A stretch of DNA of 64,000 nucleotides, taken from an uncultured Planctomycetaceae bacterium (GTDB taxonomy: Bacteria > Planctomycetota > Planctomycetia > Pirellulales > Pirellulaceae). Each line of letters begins with the position of its first letter. Position 1 is the stretch's first letter. Below the pieces are notes generated by a model. That model searched no databases. It was not told the origin of the DNA and worked only from the letters and a program-made list of their open reading frames with translations. Positions 20,106 to 30,166 of the stretch are shown here, piece by piece. The DNA lies in NCBI GenBank assembly GCA_963697295.1, contig CAVONL010000012.1, positions 46,661-110,660 on the forward strand, written 5' to 3'. The translations under genes and the position numbers were made by a program.

Positions 20106-20939
20106 TTACCTGCGTCGCCGCCAACAGCCGACAAAGCCGATCATGCTCAGAACGCCCAGCGTAGCAGGTTCCGGGATCGCGGCCACGTAAGCCGCGGCGG
20201 CGAACGTGCCACTGCCTGTAAAGGGTGACGGAATCGTCCCCAACAATTGACCGGTGCTGATGTCATAGCGATAAAAGTTCGCTTGAGTCGAGTTGGGACC
20301 ATCGGTAACGTAGTAAGCAATTCCGTTGAAAACCGCCAAGCCATCGATGTCGGTTTCTCCTACCGGGTACGGCGCCCGAAACGTCGTCGTCAGGGACATG
20401 TCGTCGATCTCGTACAGTCCCGCGCCGCCCGAGTCACTCAATCCGTACAGTCGTCCGGTCGTTTGGTCGACATCCAATCCGCCAAAGTCGAACGTCGACG
20501 GATAGACGTATGTCTGAACGGCTGTCAATGTTCCAAGATCAATTTCGTAAACCGCTTCCGTCGGGATATTGCGAGTGCCAACCAGCTGTCCATCGCGGAA
20601 TCCCAGTCCGACGAAATTTACGGTATTCCCATCAAACATCATCGTACCCAAAGAAGTGGGGTTCAACGCCGGACCGTATACCGAACTGTACAGAGTGCTA
20701 CCGTTATTCCAATACAACGTGTTGGAGCCCGGATCGTATGCCATGCCCCATGGCTTGGCCTCCGCTGTGGAGGCGGAATAGAGCGGCGTCGCAACGCCGG
20801 TCGTTGGATTCACGTTGTAAATCGTTGCGGTTCCCGATTGGTCATTGCCGACAATCAATTGACCAAATCCGTTTTGGCACATGCCAGCCAACGTGAGCAG
20901 GATTACAACGGTCGACGTCATCAAGATGTTTTTGGTCAT
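20106..20939 (-). CDS. PEP-CTERM sorting-domain exported protein (beta-propeller-like)
   Basis: Signal peptide; C-terminal IPEPATLGVLSMIGFVGCWRRRR. Confidence 0.9.
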   Translation of the reverse strand: MTKNILMTSTVVILLTLAGMCQNGFGQLIVGNDQSGTATIYNVNPTTGVATPLYSASTAEAKPWGMAYDPGSNTLYWNNGSTLYSSVYGPALNPTSLGTMMFDGNTVNFVGLGFRDGQLVGTRNIPTEAVYEIDLGTLTAVQTYVYPSTFDFGGLDVDQTTGRLYGLSDSGGAGLYEIDDMSLTTTFRAPYPVGETDIDGLAVFNGIAYYVTDGPNSTQANFYRYDISTGQLLGTIPSPFTGSGTFAAAAYVAAIPEPATLGVLSMIGFVGCWRRRR

Positions 20940-21124
20940 TGGATCACCCCCCGAAAAGAAGCTTGGCTGCCGTGCGAGTTTCGCGACGGCGTGAACGAGT
21001 CTGTTGTTCTCAAGGCCTCAGCATACTCCGGGAGTGCGTCGTTTTCAACATTTTTGTTTACTGCAAGTACCAAAGTTGAACCGGTCACCTCTTCAGCATG
21101 GCGGCAAAGCAATAGGATGAGACA

Positions 21125-21976
21125 ATGTTTGCCCTTCGTTGCACCGTTCGAAATTGCACCCGGTTGCTTTCCATGCGCCGAAACGGGTTGTTTTGCTCGG
21201 CTGGCCACCACTTTGACCGATCAAAAGAAGGTTATTGGAATCTCTTGCAGCCGCAGGATCGGCGATCTCGAAATCCGGGCGATACCGAGGAGGCGGTGTT
21301 GGCCAGGCATCGTTGGCTGGCACGCGGGTACGCCGCCGGGTTGATCGAGGCACTGGGACCATGGATCGAAAACCTGCCTGCGACCAATCAGCCCACGAGT
21401 GAACCAACTTCGCCGCCGAGGACTCTCGATCTGGGTTGTGGCGATGGTTTTTTCGGACCCGCGCTGTTCCCTAACTGCGCAGATTCATATTGTGGCATCG
21501 ACCTGTCCAAACGCGCCATCAAGCTTGCCACGAAAGGTTGGCCGGATGCGACGTGGGTCCTGGCCAATGCCGATCGAATTTTGCCTGTTGCCGATGCAAG
21601 TGTCGCGCAGCTCGTTTCACTGTTTGGACGTCGTCCGGCAGCGGAAATCGGCCGCGTACTGGCACCGGCAGGAATTTGCGTGATCGCTGTGCCCGGCGAA
21701 GACGACCTGATCGAACTTCGCGAACAGGTGCAACAAGCCGGACATCGCCGCAGTCGTTGGGAAACGGTTGTGGAAGAAATGTCGGCCGTTGGCCTCGATT
21801 TTGTCGAACAGAAACAATGGCAGCACCGTGTCGAGTTGGAACGGGACGCGATCATCGATGCCTTGGCGATGACCTACCGTGCCGGACGACACTCCCGGCA
21901 ACAACGTGTCGAATCATTGAATGCGATGAAGGTGACACTTGCGGCCGACCTGATTCTGCTGCGCCGCAGGGCGTGA
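21125..21976 (+). CDS. rlmA: RlmA-like 23S rRNA m1G methyltransferase
   Basis: Zinc finger CTVRNC...CSAGHHFDRSKEGYWNLL; SAM motif LDLGCGDG. Confidence 0.8.
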   Translation: MFALRCTVRNCTRLLSMRRNGLFCSAGHHFDRSKEGYWNLLQPQDRRSRNPGDTEEAVLARHRWLARGYAAGLIEALGPWIENLPATNQPTSEPTSPPRTLDLGCGDGFFGPALFPNCADSYCGIDLSKRAIKLATKGWPDATWVLANADRILPVADASVAQLVSLFGRRPAAEIGRVLAPAGICVIAVPGEDDLIELREQVQQAGHRRSRWETVVEEMSAVGLDFVEQKQWQHRVELERDAIIDALAMTYRAGRHSRQQRVESLNAMKVTLAADLILLRRRA

Positions 21977-22078
21977 TTTACTGGGAATGTTTCGTCTCGT
22001 CCGCTGCCGCTTTCAGCAGTGGATCGCTTCTGCCGGAAGCGACTTGGCCTGGATAAACTCTCGCCAAGAGTTACCCAC

Positions 22079-24442
22079 TTATCGAGCACCGGATTCAGTC
22101 ATCTCTTTCAAGATATTGACGGTATCAACCGCGGCGCGAGACGGTGGTAGTGAGGTGTCGGCGATCCCGGAAACGACTTTCGTGATGTTGTGGTCCACCT
22201 CGCCGGAATTTGTCCATGTGCGCACTGTCGGGGCAGTGATATAAACTGAAAAGGCGTGATGTCCCGATCCGGGGCGCTCGCCGATGATATGCAGGATGGC
22301 TCGTCTGGAGTTTTCTTCTGGTAGCGATCCAAACAATGCTTCGCCAATCCGATACCCCGCCCGAACTCGACCGCCACGGACCATGATCGATTCTGGTGCG
22401 ACATGGTAACCCGCTGCCTGTAACCGGTCCCGCACATTTTCCAAATACGGGATCAGGTGTTGATCGTCGGTCAGGGCCAACGCATTGAGCCCGTCCGAAA
22501 TGACGATTTGGACATCGTAAGCTCCCTCGTGAGTCTTTCGCAGATTTCGAATTTCGGCGATCGCTTCATCGCTGAGCTTTTCGCCGGATGGCGGGTGTAA
22601 GATGTAGTCGCGGCGATCGTTCGACTGTGAGCGAATCGAAACAACGCCAGGAATCCGGGCGAAAAATTCATCAGGGATTTCGGCCCAGATACATTTCTTG
22701 CTGTCCTCGTAGAGATGACGAACGCGCCGGTCCAGTTCGGGTTGAACTGACCAGGGTTTGTCGCCATATCCTTCCGCAATGAACACGCCTCGCGATCGGA
22801 CTTCGGCCAGGATCGCCTTGCCTTCGGCCAGAATGTCGGCATCAGATCGATCATCGCCTTTTCTTCGTTGATATTGCAGATAAACCCATGTCGGCTGCCC
22901 GAAATATCTGGTGGGCTGACCTTGTGAGTCGATGACACCTAGCGTCTGGAAAAACTTCCACATCCGATCGTTGACCTTGTAACCGAACCGCTCGCGAATT
23001 CGGACATGATCCTGAAAACCGGTGGTCAAGTAGCTGAGCATGGGGTCGTTTTTCGTCGGCAGCGCCATCAGGTAGGCAGGCGCGGCGGGCATCACCTGGT
23101 CGATGCACCAGTCCAGATCGTCCAGGTCGACATCCATGTGCAGCGTTGAACAGATATCCAGCCCAATGGTCAAACCGTGAAGCTTGCCCATGACGATATC
23201 TTCCAGGCAGCAGCGAACCAACTGCTCGCGGGATCGAAATATTTCCGGGCCGATGAACCCGGCGACGTCATTCACGTGCACCCACGGTTCTGCGGGTCGA
23301 CCGGCTGTCTGTTGCGCGGCAGCCACTTGCTGCTTGAGCGCACGGGCAAAACCGTACTTGCGCGCCTCGTGGATCACCATGTCAAAACCCTTGCCGTGTC
23401 CGTTGGTCGCATCCGCGCCCTGGCCGGTTTCGAAGTACAGCCCGTATTTGCCGCTTCGTGACTGGGCGTGCTGGTCCATTTTGGAAACACTGATGTCGAA
23501 CGTTTTATTGGCGTCTTCAACTCCCGCCAGGCTTTGGAACCATAATGCTGTCGAACCCGGATGCTGCTTTTCGACCTCGGCTTGGACATCGATATGGGCC
23601 AAGACGCAATGCGGCATGGTATCTGCAAGTTCGAACGTTTTCAGAATGTCTGCCAAGGTTGCTTCGACCAACGCCACCGATTCAATTTCGCTGGATACCG
23701 GATTGGTACCCAACAAGACATCACCCACGGCAAACGAAAAACCGTTGAAAACTTGCCAACGTATATCGTCGGGGTCGTCGGTCGGCGAGTTGGGCTGAAT
23801 TCGCGCTCCCAGGTACCCCGGTGATCCAATCTGCGTTCCCGGCAATGCATTAAACACCTTGTTGCCAATCGCAATTAATTCATCGTTACTCATCAACTTC
23901 ACGACGCAGGCGATGATGTCACTGGTCAGGCCGGGCATGATCCGTTTGATTTGCTGCTGGTCCGCTTCGATCAGAAAACGACGTAGATCGTCAACTGTCC
24001 AGGGGGCAACCTCGCGCTGCACCTGGGCATCGACCACCCCGTTGATATATCGCCAGAGGTCGTCTTCGTAAATCGATTGAGTGTTGACGTCTGCGATGCG
24101 GGTCCTGCTCAACAAGGTGCGCGCGTTTTGACGTGACTCGTCGTTGGCGGCGGCGATGTTTTGAGTCTGGTCGCCTTCCTTGAATTCGTTGCAGGCACCC
24201 AACAATTGAAGGTACAGCTGTTGATCGAATTCGCCTTTTTGGCGCCGAATATAAGCGAATAGATCTTCGGTCGGTTGAACGATCGGTATCGCAATTCCTG
24301 TCTGCTGACGATCATCAGCAATGCCGGGTTTGCTTCGACCGAGAACAAACGCCGAGACTCCGCCAATCAGGCTGGACAGAAACCGGCGTCGGCGGATGGC
24401 GGATTCGAACAAATGTCGGCTCTGCTCAAGAATCACATTCAA
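22079..24442 (-). CDS. eutBC: Ethanolamine ammonia-lyase EutB-EutC fusion with twin-arginine signal peptide
   Basis: EutB motifs RIQPNSPTDD, GDVLLGTNP, FQSLAG, YFETGQG, VAGFIGPE, DPMLSY. EutC motifs DRRDYILHP, VISDGL, GRVRAG, IGERPG. N-terminal RRRFL followed by a hydrophobic stretch. Confidence 0.9.
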   Translation of the reverse strand: MNVILEQSRHLFESAIRRRRFLSSLIGGVSAFVLGRSKPGIADDRQQTGIAIPIVQPTEDLFAYIRRQKGEFDQQLYLQLLGACNEFKEGDQTQNIAAANDESRQNARTLLSRTRIADVNTQSIYEDDLWRYINGVVDAQVQREVAPWTVDDLRRFLIEADQQQIKRIMPGLTSDIIACVVKLMSNDELIAIGNKVFNALPGTQIGSPGYLGARIQPNSPTDDPDDIRWQVFNGFSFAVGDVLLGTNPVSSEIESVALVEATLADILKTFELADTMPHCVLAHIDVQAEVEKQHPGSTALWFQSLAGVEDANKTFDISVSKMDQHAQSRSGKYGLYFETGQGADATNGHGKGFDMVIHEARKYGFARALKQQVAAAQQTAGRPAEPWVHVNDVAGFIGPEIFRSREQLVRCCLEDIVMGKLHGLTIGLDICSTLHMDVDLDDLDWCIDQVMPAAPAYLMALPTKNDPMLSYLTTGFQDHVRIRERFGYKVNDRMWKFFQTLGVIDSQGQPTRYFGQPTWVYLQYQRRKGDDRSDADILAEGKAILAEVRSRGVFIAEGYGDKPWSVQPELDRRVRHLYEDSKKCIWAEIPDEFFARIPGVVSIRSQSNDRRDYILHPPSGEKLSDEAIAEIRNLRKTHEGAYDVQIVISDGLNALALTDDQHLIPYLENVRDRLQAAGYHVAPESIMVRGGRVRAGYRIGEALFGSLPEENSRRAILHIIGERPGSGHHAFSVYITAPTVRTWTNSGEVDHNITKVVSGIADTSLPPSRAAVDTVNILKEMTESGAR

Positions 24443-24572
24443 TTTTCGCTCCTCCGAAACGAGATCCCAGCGAGAAATATTGTAGCGACCCGGAATTGAG
24501 TTGAGATCCAGGTGGCCTGGAAACTTTGCGCGGATTTACTGAACGCCGGAGACTCAGCTCACGACGGGTTGC

Positions 24573-27020
24573 TCAAAAAAGTTCTGACTGCGTCGCCGTG
24601 ATTTTTGCCTGGCTCGGCGCGAGTGTTCCCAGAATCCGGCCGGCGGCTGACATGCCACTGAGAAATGCGCCCTCGATTCGAGAACCACTCGCCCAATCAC
24701 CGCAGGCGACAATCCCGGCCTCGGCGTCAAAGAAGCAATTTGCTTGCGCGGGTTGCTCTGCAATCGCGAACTTCCAACGATGGGCCTGCAGGTGAAGCGG
24801 TGTTTGAAGATTGATTCCCGAGACGCGGCCGAATTCATTCAGCATCTCTTGTGCGACCGCCTCGGGCTCGTTGTCCCAGTGATCCGCGGTCCAGTCGGGC
24901 TTGGCATGCAGCACTAACGTTTCTTCGCTTCGAAAGCGGCCCGGCTTGGTACCGTTGCGAGCTGCCCAGGCCAAGAAAGAATCGTGAAGAAACGCGCCGA
25001 CCCACTCGTCCGTGATCGGATTGGCGAACTGGATCATGGTGGCCCAGCAAGGATTCATCTTCACACCGGCAATCTGTTCATGTAAACGCGGAAACTTGAC
25101 CAGCAATTCGGCCGTCTGCTCGGCGGGCGCAGTGACAATCAATCGTTCATAAACACCAAGAGAACTTTCTTCTTCGTCCAGCAGTTCAATTCCTCGCTCG
25201 CTTGGCTCACCGCGCACGACGCGTGTTTCCGTGCGGATGTCCAGTCCACTGGCAAGGTGTTTGCAGATCGAGTTCATGGCGGGGACTCCCACAAACCGCT
25301 GTTCCGAGGCGGATACGGATTCGATTTTTCCATTTTTTAGGACGACAATTTTTTGATCCGTTCCAAGCCGTGGGTCGGGCCAGGCCGCCACGAGTCCCTG
25401 TTCAATCCAGGAATTCACGTAGCGGCGAAATCGTTTGTCCCGCGCCGTGAAATATTGAGCTCCGTGATCAAAACTGGTTGCGTCATCCAGGCGGCGAGTT
25501 GCCATCCGCCCGCCGACTCCCCGGCTTTTTTCAAATACGGTTACCTGCAGACCGTGGTCGGCGAGGGTTCTCGCTGCGAACACACCCGAAAGTCCGGCAC
25601 CGATAACTGCCACCTGAAGAATTGGATCAAAGCGAGGCGCCGTGACCTTGTTCGCGTATTCTTGCGGATCCAGACGGTTGGCATGTCCGGCGGTTGGGCG
25701 CGGGCGGACCGTGCCGATGATGGGCAGCTCCGGTTCAAAGGGTCGATCAAACTGCCCCAGGCACCACAAGATCCCGCCGTAGGAAGCGGGGTCGCGACCG
25801 TCGAGAGCATATCGATGGTTGAGATCGATGATTGTCTGCAGAGCCTGTTGTGGTGTATTCGTCCAGTTCAAGATTGCTTTGCCCCACGTCATGCGCACAT
25901 TGTTATGCAGTTCGCCTTGCATTAACAACGACTTTTGGGCCGCATTCCATAACCGATCGTCGGTCTCGCCGCGGGCCAGTTGTTCCCACGAATAAACTTG
26001 TTCGCGGTGATCGCCCGCGTGGGACTCAAGTGTCTGCCGGGCCCAGTCGGGAATGGCGGACCACTGGTCGTGATCGTTGCGGTGAAAACAAAATGCGTAG
26101 GCCAGCTCGCGCCAGATCAATAGCTCGTCCAGGTACTTCTCGGAGCCAGCATTGTCGATTTGGGCCGCTTCCCGCGCAATGCGAAAAGGCGATACCATGC
26201 CGTAGTGCAAGTAAGGCGACATACGACTGACGCCATCGACTAATGCATTGTTGCGTCGACGGCCATAGCTGCTGAGGCCTTTGAATTTGAACTGGTTCCA
26301 ACGCCGATAACCTGCGGTCGAACCGCCGACTGAATCGACGACCGGTCCTACGGCGTGGTCGATTTCGCAGCGTGAAACAAGTTCAGCGATTGATTCGGTT
26401 TGCAAATCCACAGCCGCGAAAGGAAGCGAGTCTGTTTCAAATCGCATTGTCGGACGGTTGATTTCCGGCCAGTCACGCGTCAGTCGTTCGGCGTAAAGTT
26501 TCTTTGTCGCGCTGCGATATTGATAGGCTCGCGTGTACGGCCGCTTGACCAACTGCATGGGCACGACGCAAGCTGTATCGACACAGACGATGGGTGTTTG
26601 GATGTCTTTGACAATCGCGTCCAAAAATCGTCGCGGGGGATCAACCGGCATTTCTTCGGTCACGACCACGGCCGCCTTACTTGCCAGCGTAATCAGATGC
26701 GACCCGCGATCCGCCGGTGTGGCTAAGTGAAAGGCGTAACTGATACCCAGCTTGGCGAGTTGACGTTCCACGTCGCGAGCACCCTGCAGAATAAACGTAT
26801 GATGCCGGTCCGAGGCGTATTGATAGTTTTCCGAAAGCCCGTGATAAACCAGCAACGGCAACCCGTGTTCATCAGCAATGATTCGCGCAACGTCCAGGGC
26901 CGGATTTTCATCAACGCGAACCGCAGTCCTCATCCAATACAGCACGAATTGGCCGCTCATGGGATGATCCATCACGATGCGCGATCTCTCCTGCAAATGA
27001 CTGGGTAAATTTGAAATCAT
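24573..27020 (-). CDS. Class II CPD photolyase fused to a renalase-like FAD/NAD(P)-dependent oxidoreductase
   Basis: N-half: YWMRTAVR, SRMSPYLHYG, DELLIWRELA, HNNVRMTWGK, YALDGRDP. C-half: VIGAGLSG, FEKSRGVGGRMATRR, FDHGAQYFT, HRWKFA, CGDW..RIEGAFLSG. Confidence 0.92.
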   Translation of the reverse strand: MISNLPSHLQERSRIVMDHPMSGQFVLYWMRTAVRVDENPALDVARIIADEHGLPLLVYHGLSENYQYASDRHHTFILQGARDVERQLAKLGISYAFHLATPADRGSHLITLASKAAVVVTEEMPVDPPRRFLDAIVKDIQTPIVCVDTACVVPMQLVKRPYTRAYQYRSATKKLYAERLTRDWPEINRPTMRFETDSLPFAAVDLQTESIAELVSRCEIDHAVGPVVDSVGGSTAGYRRWNQFKFKGLSSYGRRRNNALVDGVSRMSPYLHYGMVSPFRIAREAAQIDNAGSEKYLDELLIWRELAYAFCFHRNDHDQWSAIPDWARQTLESHAGDHREQVYSWEQLARGETDDRLWNAAQKSLLMQGELHNNVRMTWGKAILNWTNTPQQALQTIIDLNHRYALDGRDPASYGGILWCLGQFDRPFEPELPIIGTVRPRPTAGHANRLDPQEYANKVTAPRFDPILQVAVIGAGLSGVFAARTLADHGLQVTVFEKSRGVGGRMATRRLDDATSFDHGAQYFTARDKRFRRYVNSWIEQGLVAAWPDPRLGTDQKIVVLKNGKIESVSASEQRFVGVPAMNSICKHLASGLDIRTETRVVRGEPSERGIELLDEEESSLGVYERLIVTAPAEQTAELLVKFPRLHEQIAGVKMNPCWATMIQFANPITDEWVGAFLHDSFLAWAARNGTKPGRFRSEETLVLHAKPDWTADHWDNEPEAVAQEMLNEFGRVSGINLQTPLHLQAHRWKFAIAEQPAQANCFFDAEAGIVACGDWASGSRIEGAFLSGMSAAGRILGTLAPSQAKITATQSELF

Positions 27021-27310
27021 GGGATCTGTCCAGGGTATGGCGGAGCAACGAGAGCGAATCGTTATGACGGTTGTCCGATTTCGGTTTAACCGGGACAATC
27101 GTAGCAAATTCACCTTGGCTCGGGTTCGGCGAACGGTCTGATGGCTCATCGCAAATTGACGTTACCGGAAAAACAATGCGAAGTCTGCGGGCGAGCGTTT
27201 GCCTGGCGGAAAAAATGGCAGAAGGATTGGGAGCAAGTGAAATATTGCAGTGAACGCTGCCGCCGCGGCGCACGTCGCCAAAAAACCAATTGAAGTTCCT
27301 GGAATTTACG

Positions 27311-28603
27311 ATGGCGAAACCTGAGGTGTTGATTGTCGGGGGTGGATTAGCCGGGCTTTGTTGTGCTCGCCACCTGCACCGCGCCGGTATTTCTTTTCAA
27401 ATTGTGGAGGCATCTGACTCCGTTGGCGGCCGTGCGCGAACGGACGAAGTTGACGGCTTTTTGCTGGATCGTGGGTTCCAAGTGCTGTTGACAGCCTATC
27501 CGGAAGCCCGTGACGAGCTCGACTATGAAAAACTGGAGCTGGCTCGCTTTGAGCCGGGTGCCCTGATTCGTTACCGAGGAAAGTTTCATCGGTTTGCGGA
27601 TCCCTGGCGACGACCACAGCATTTACTTGCGACAGCTCTTTCGCCCGTCGCGAGCTTGGGTGACAAGTTACGGGTGGCGAGGTTGCGGAGCCGCGTTTGT
27701 CGTGGCACGCTGGATGAACTGCTACCAACGGCCCGCAGAAGACAACTTTGGAGCAGTCTGCACAACGAAGGATTTTCAGATCGCATTATCGAACATTTCT
27801 TCCGGCCTTTCCTGGGGGTGTGTTTTTGGAGAAAGATTTGAATACTTCCAGTCGGATGTTTGAGTTTGTCTTTCGGATGTTTTCGCTGGGTGATGCCGCC
27901 GTGCCGCCAACGGCATGGGTGCCATGGCGAATCAGATTGCCGATGCTTTGCCAACTGAATCAATTCGCACGAATGCTCGTGTCGATCAAGTCGAGAAAAA
28001 CTCAGTGCGGCTCGAAGGGGGCGAAGTGCTGACCGCTTCGGCGGTCGTTGTCGCCTGCGAAGCGCCCGCTGCCGCACAGCTGCTTGGTGAGGAGCAACGC
28101 CAAACAAGCCAACGCCGTAACATGTCTGTATTTTGCGGCAGAGAAGGCCGCCGATCGAGGAACCGATCCTCGTTTTGAACGGCGAGGGTCAAGGGCCGAT
28201 CAACAATCTTTGCGTGCCCAGCCAGGTGTCGTCCGCCTACGCACCGCCGGGGAAATCGCTCGTGTCCGTATCCGTGTTGGGATTGGTTCCAGGAGATCAG
28301 GAAAGTGAGCTTCGCCTACAAGTGCGGGGACAGTTGAGGGATTGGTTCGGACCAGTGGTCGACCAGTGGCAACATCTGAAAACGTATCGCATTCCGTTTG
28401 CACTTCCCAACCAGAATCCGCCGGCTCTCTCACCGGTCGACAAGCCCGCGATGCGACAAGACGGGATCTTCGTGTGTGGCGACTATTTGGATACCGCCTC
28501 GATTCAAGGTGCGATGGTTTCCGGTCGACGTGCGGCGGAATGCGTGGTGGCCTCGAAATCCGGGATCGACAATTCAGACAACTTAACAACGGGTACCAGT
28601 TAA
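27311..28603 (+). CDS. FAD-dependent oxidoreductase (amine oxidase/phytoene dehydrogenase-like), multiply frameshifted
   Basis: GGGLAGL, VGGRARTD, DRGFQVLLTAYPE, TSSRMFEFVF, NNLCVPS, CGDY..TASIQGAMVSGRRAA are spread over 5 ORFs (shifts at ~27721, 27755, 27815, 27908, 28113, 28140). Confidence 0.82.
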
Positions 28604-29154
28604 TGGCAAATTCGAATTGGCAACTGGTTCGCAGCACAACCCTGCGTGATTTTCGCGTGGTCAGCGTTCGGGAAGACACGTATCAGTACCTGCCGACTGG
28701 AGACGAACGCGGCTATGCGGTCTGCGATTCAGCCGATTGGGTCTTGATCATTGCCGTTACCCCTGAAGACGAGGTCGTATTCGTTCGTCAGTTTCGTCAT
28801 GGACGAGGCGAACTGATTCTGGAAATTCCTGGAGGTGTGATGGATCCCGGCGAAAGTCCGACCGATACCGCCATTCGCGAACTGCGTGAGGAAACTGGAT
28901 TTGTGGCCGAGAACGTCGAAATCTGCGGCCCGCTGTTGCCCAATCCGGCGTTAAACAATGCCCGAATTCACATCGCCGTCGCCAGGGGCTGTCTGCCCAA
29001 ACACCCGCCCGCTCCAGAACCGTTCGAGGAAATGACAATTGAATTGCGTCCGCTGGACAGCGTTGCGCAGATGATTGCCGGTGGCGAATTACAACACGCC
29101 TTGTGCATCGCGGCATTCGCCGTCACCGGCGTGCATACCAACGTGGCGTCTTAG
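28603..29154 (+). CDS. NUDIX hydrolase (ADP-ribose pyrophosphatase-like)
   Basis: VRQFRHG..EIPGG...AIRELREETG Nudix box; TAATG overlap with the upstream gene. Confidence 0.92.
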   Translation: MANSNWQLVRSTTLRDFRVVSVREDTYQYLPTGDERGYAVCDSADWVLIIAVTPEDEVVFVRQFRHGRGELILEIPGGVMDPGESPTDTAIRELREETGFVAENVEICGPLLPNPALNNARIHIAVARGCLPKHPPAPEPFEEMTIELRPLDSVAQMIAGGELQHALCIAAFAVTGVHTNVAS

Positions 29155-29660
29155 TCGGGTTGGCCAACCTGGGAGCCCTGCAAGATTGTCGATTTGATAT
29201 TCATCAACTGGAATCCGTTTCGCATAACGGTTTTTCCAGCTACCGAAATTGTCGCCGAGAAATCAAACACGTCACTGACGCGTTCGTTCAAGACGACCGT
29301 GACGGACAGCGTATCACCGGGCCGGGCAAATCCTTTGTAGCGGGCCTGCTTGACCTTGACCAAGACACCCAACGCGTACTCGTTAAAAAACGGATCGTTC
29401 GTATCGAACTCCCGCATCGGATTGTACTGCGCGGCAATCAGGATCCCGGCTGATTGGGTCGTTAACTCCTGCATCATCGCCCCGGGGAAAATCGGAGCGC
29501 CGGGAAAGTGACCCTTGGCGAAAAACTCATCCCCGGAGAACAACTTTTCCGTAACGATTTTGGTTGGTTCGATCGAGACTATTTTTTCGACCAGCAAATA
29601 AGGCGGCCGATGGTGCAAGTAGCCTTCGACTCGGTCAAATCTGTGCTGTTGATCCGGCAT
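29151..29660 (-). CDS. FabZ-family 3-hydroxyacyl-ACP dehydratase
   Basis: HRPPYLLVEKI, GHFPGAPIFPGAMMQE, ARPGD. Confidence 0.85.
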   Translation of the reverse strand: MPDQQHRFDRVEGYLHHRPPYLLVEKIVSIEPTKIVTEKLFSGDEFFAKGHFPGAPIFPGAMMQELTTQSAGILIAAQYNPMREFDTNDPFFNEYALGVLVKVKQARYKGFARPGDTLSVTVVLNERVSDVFDFSATISVAGKTVMRNGFQLMNIKSTILQGSQVGQPD

Positions 29661-29715
29661 TGTTTTCTAAGTTGGCTAATAACGACTGGACTATTGGGGC
29701 TTTGGTACAGTAGTG

Positions 29716-29743
29716 AACCACGAAATATACGAAACACACGAAA
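29716..29743 (+). repeat. 9-bp-period ACGAAA triple repeat (AACCACGAAA-TATACGAAA-CACACGAAA)
   Basis: Read directly from the sequence; intergenic. Confidence 0.65.
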
Positions 29744-29860
29744 GTAAATCCATTCCTCAAGATCGCAAACGCAAACAAGCGTGCAATCGGCAGCAGCCTG
29801 GCAACCAGTTTTGCCTTAATGCGTATGCATTTCGCAGCAGCACTAAGGCGGTCGCGAGGG

Positions 29861-30166
29861 TTAGCGTCCAAGAATTAATTTGGCACGATCCTCAGCGTAC
29901 GAAGAACGTCCGACAGCGTCATTTTGACATCCGTTGGCCGTACACCACTTCAGAAATGGGTCCAGAACCATCCTGATGCGAATGATGATCACCCCCTGCT
30001 CTGCAGCCCGGAGTTCATGCTCCATCGCCACGGCCTTCCACTGGCCAAAAGACGTAAAGAAATCCTCCGCGTCGACCGCGCACTCTCGGAATGTAAGGTA
30101 TTGTTCGGACGATGTGTACCACGGAACGACGGCCAGATCATCGCTGGAGTCAGAATTAGACGACAT
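29861..30166 (-). CDS. Conserved hypothetical protein
   Basis: WY..EQY...D....F..W...F..WC..NG..ND..GR..YA pattern; overlaps the stop of the upstream hydrolase. Confidence 0.65.
   Translation of the reverse strand: MSSNSDSSDDLAVVPWYTSSEQYLTFRECAVDAEDFFTSFGQWKAVAMEHELRAAEQGVIIIRIRMVLDPFLKWCTANGCQNDAVGRSSYAEDRAKLILGR

Noticed and set aside
20247-21344. 365-aa + strand ORF
   Set aside because: Overlaps the PEP-CTERM gene antisense and rlmA out of frame; no motifs.
27311-28603. Programmed frameshifting or true pseudogene in the FAD oxidoreductase
   Set aside because: About six scattered shifts without consistent slippery sites, and similar indels elsewhere in the window, favour sequencing error.
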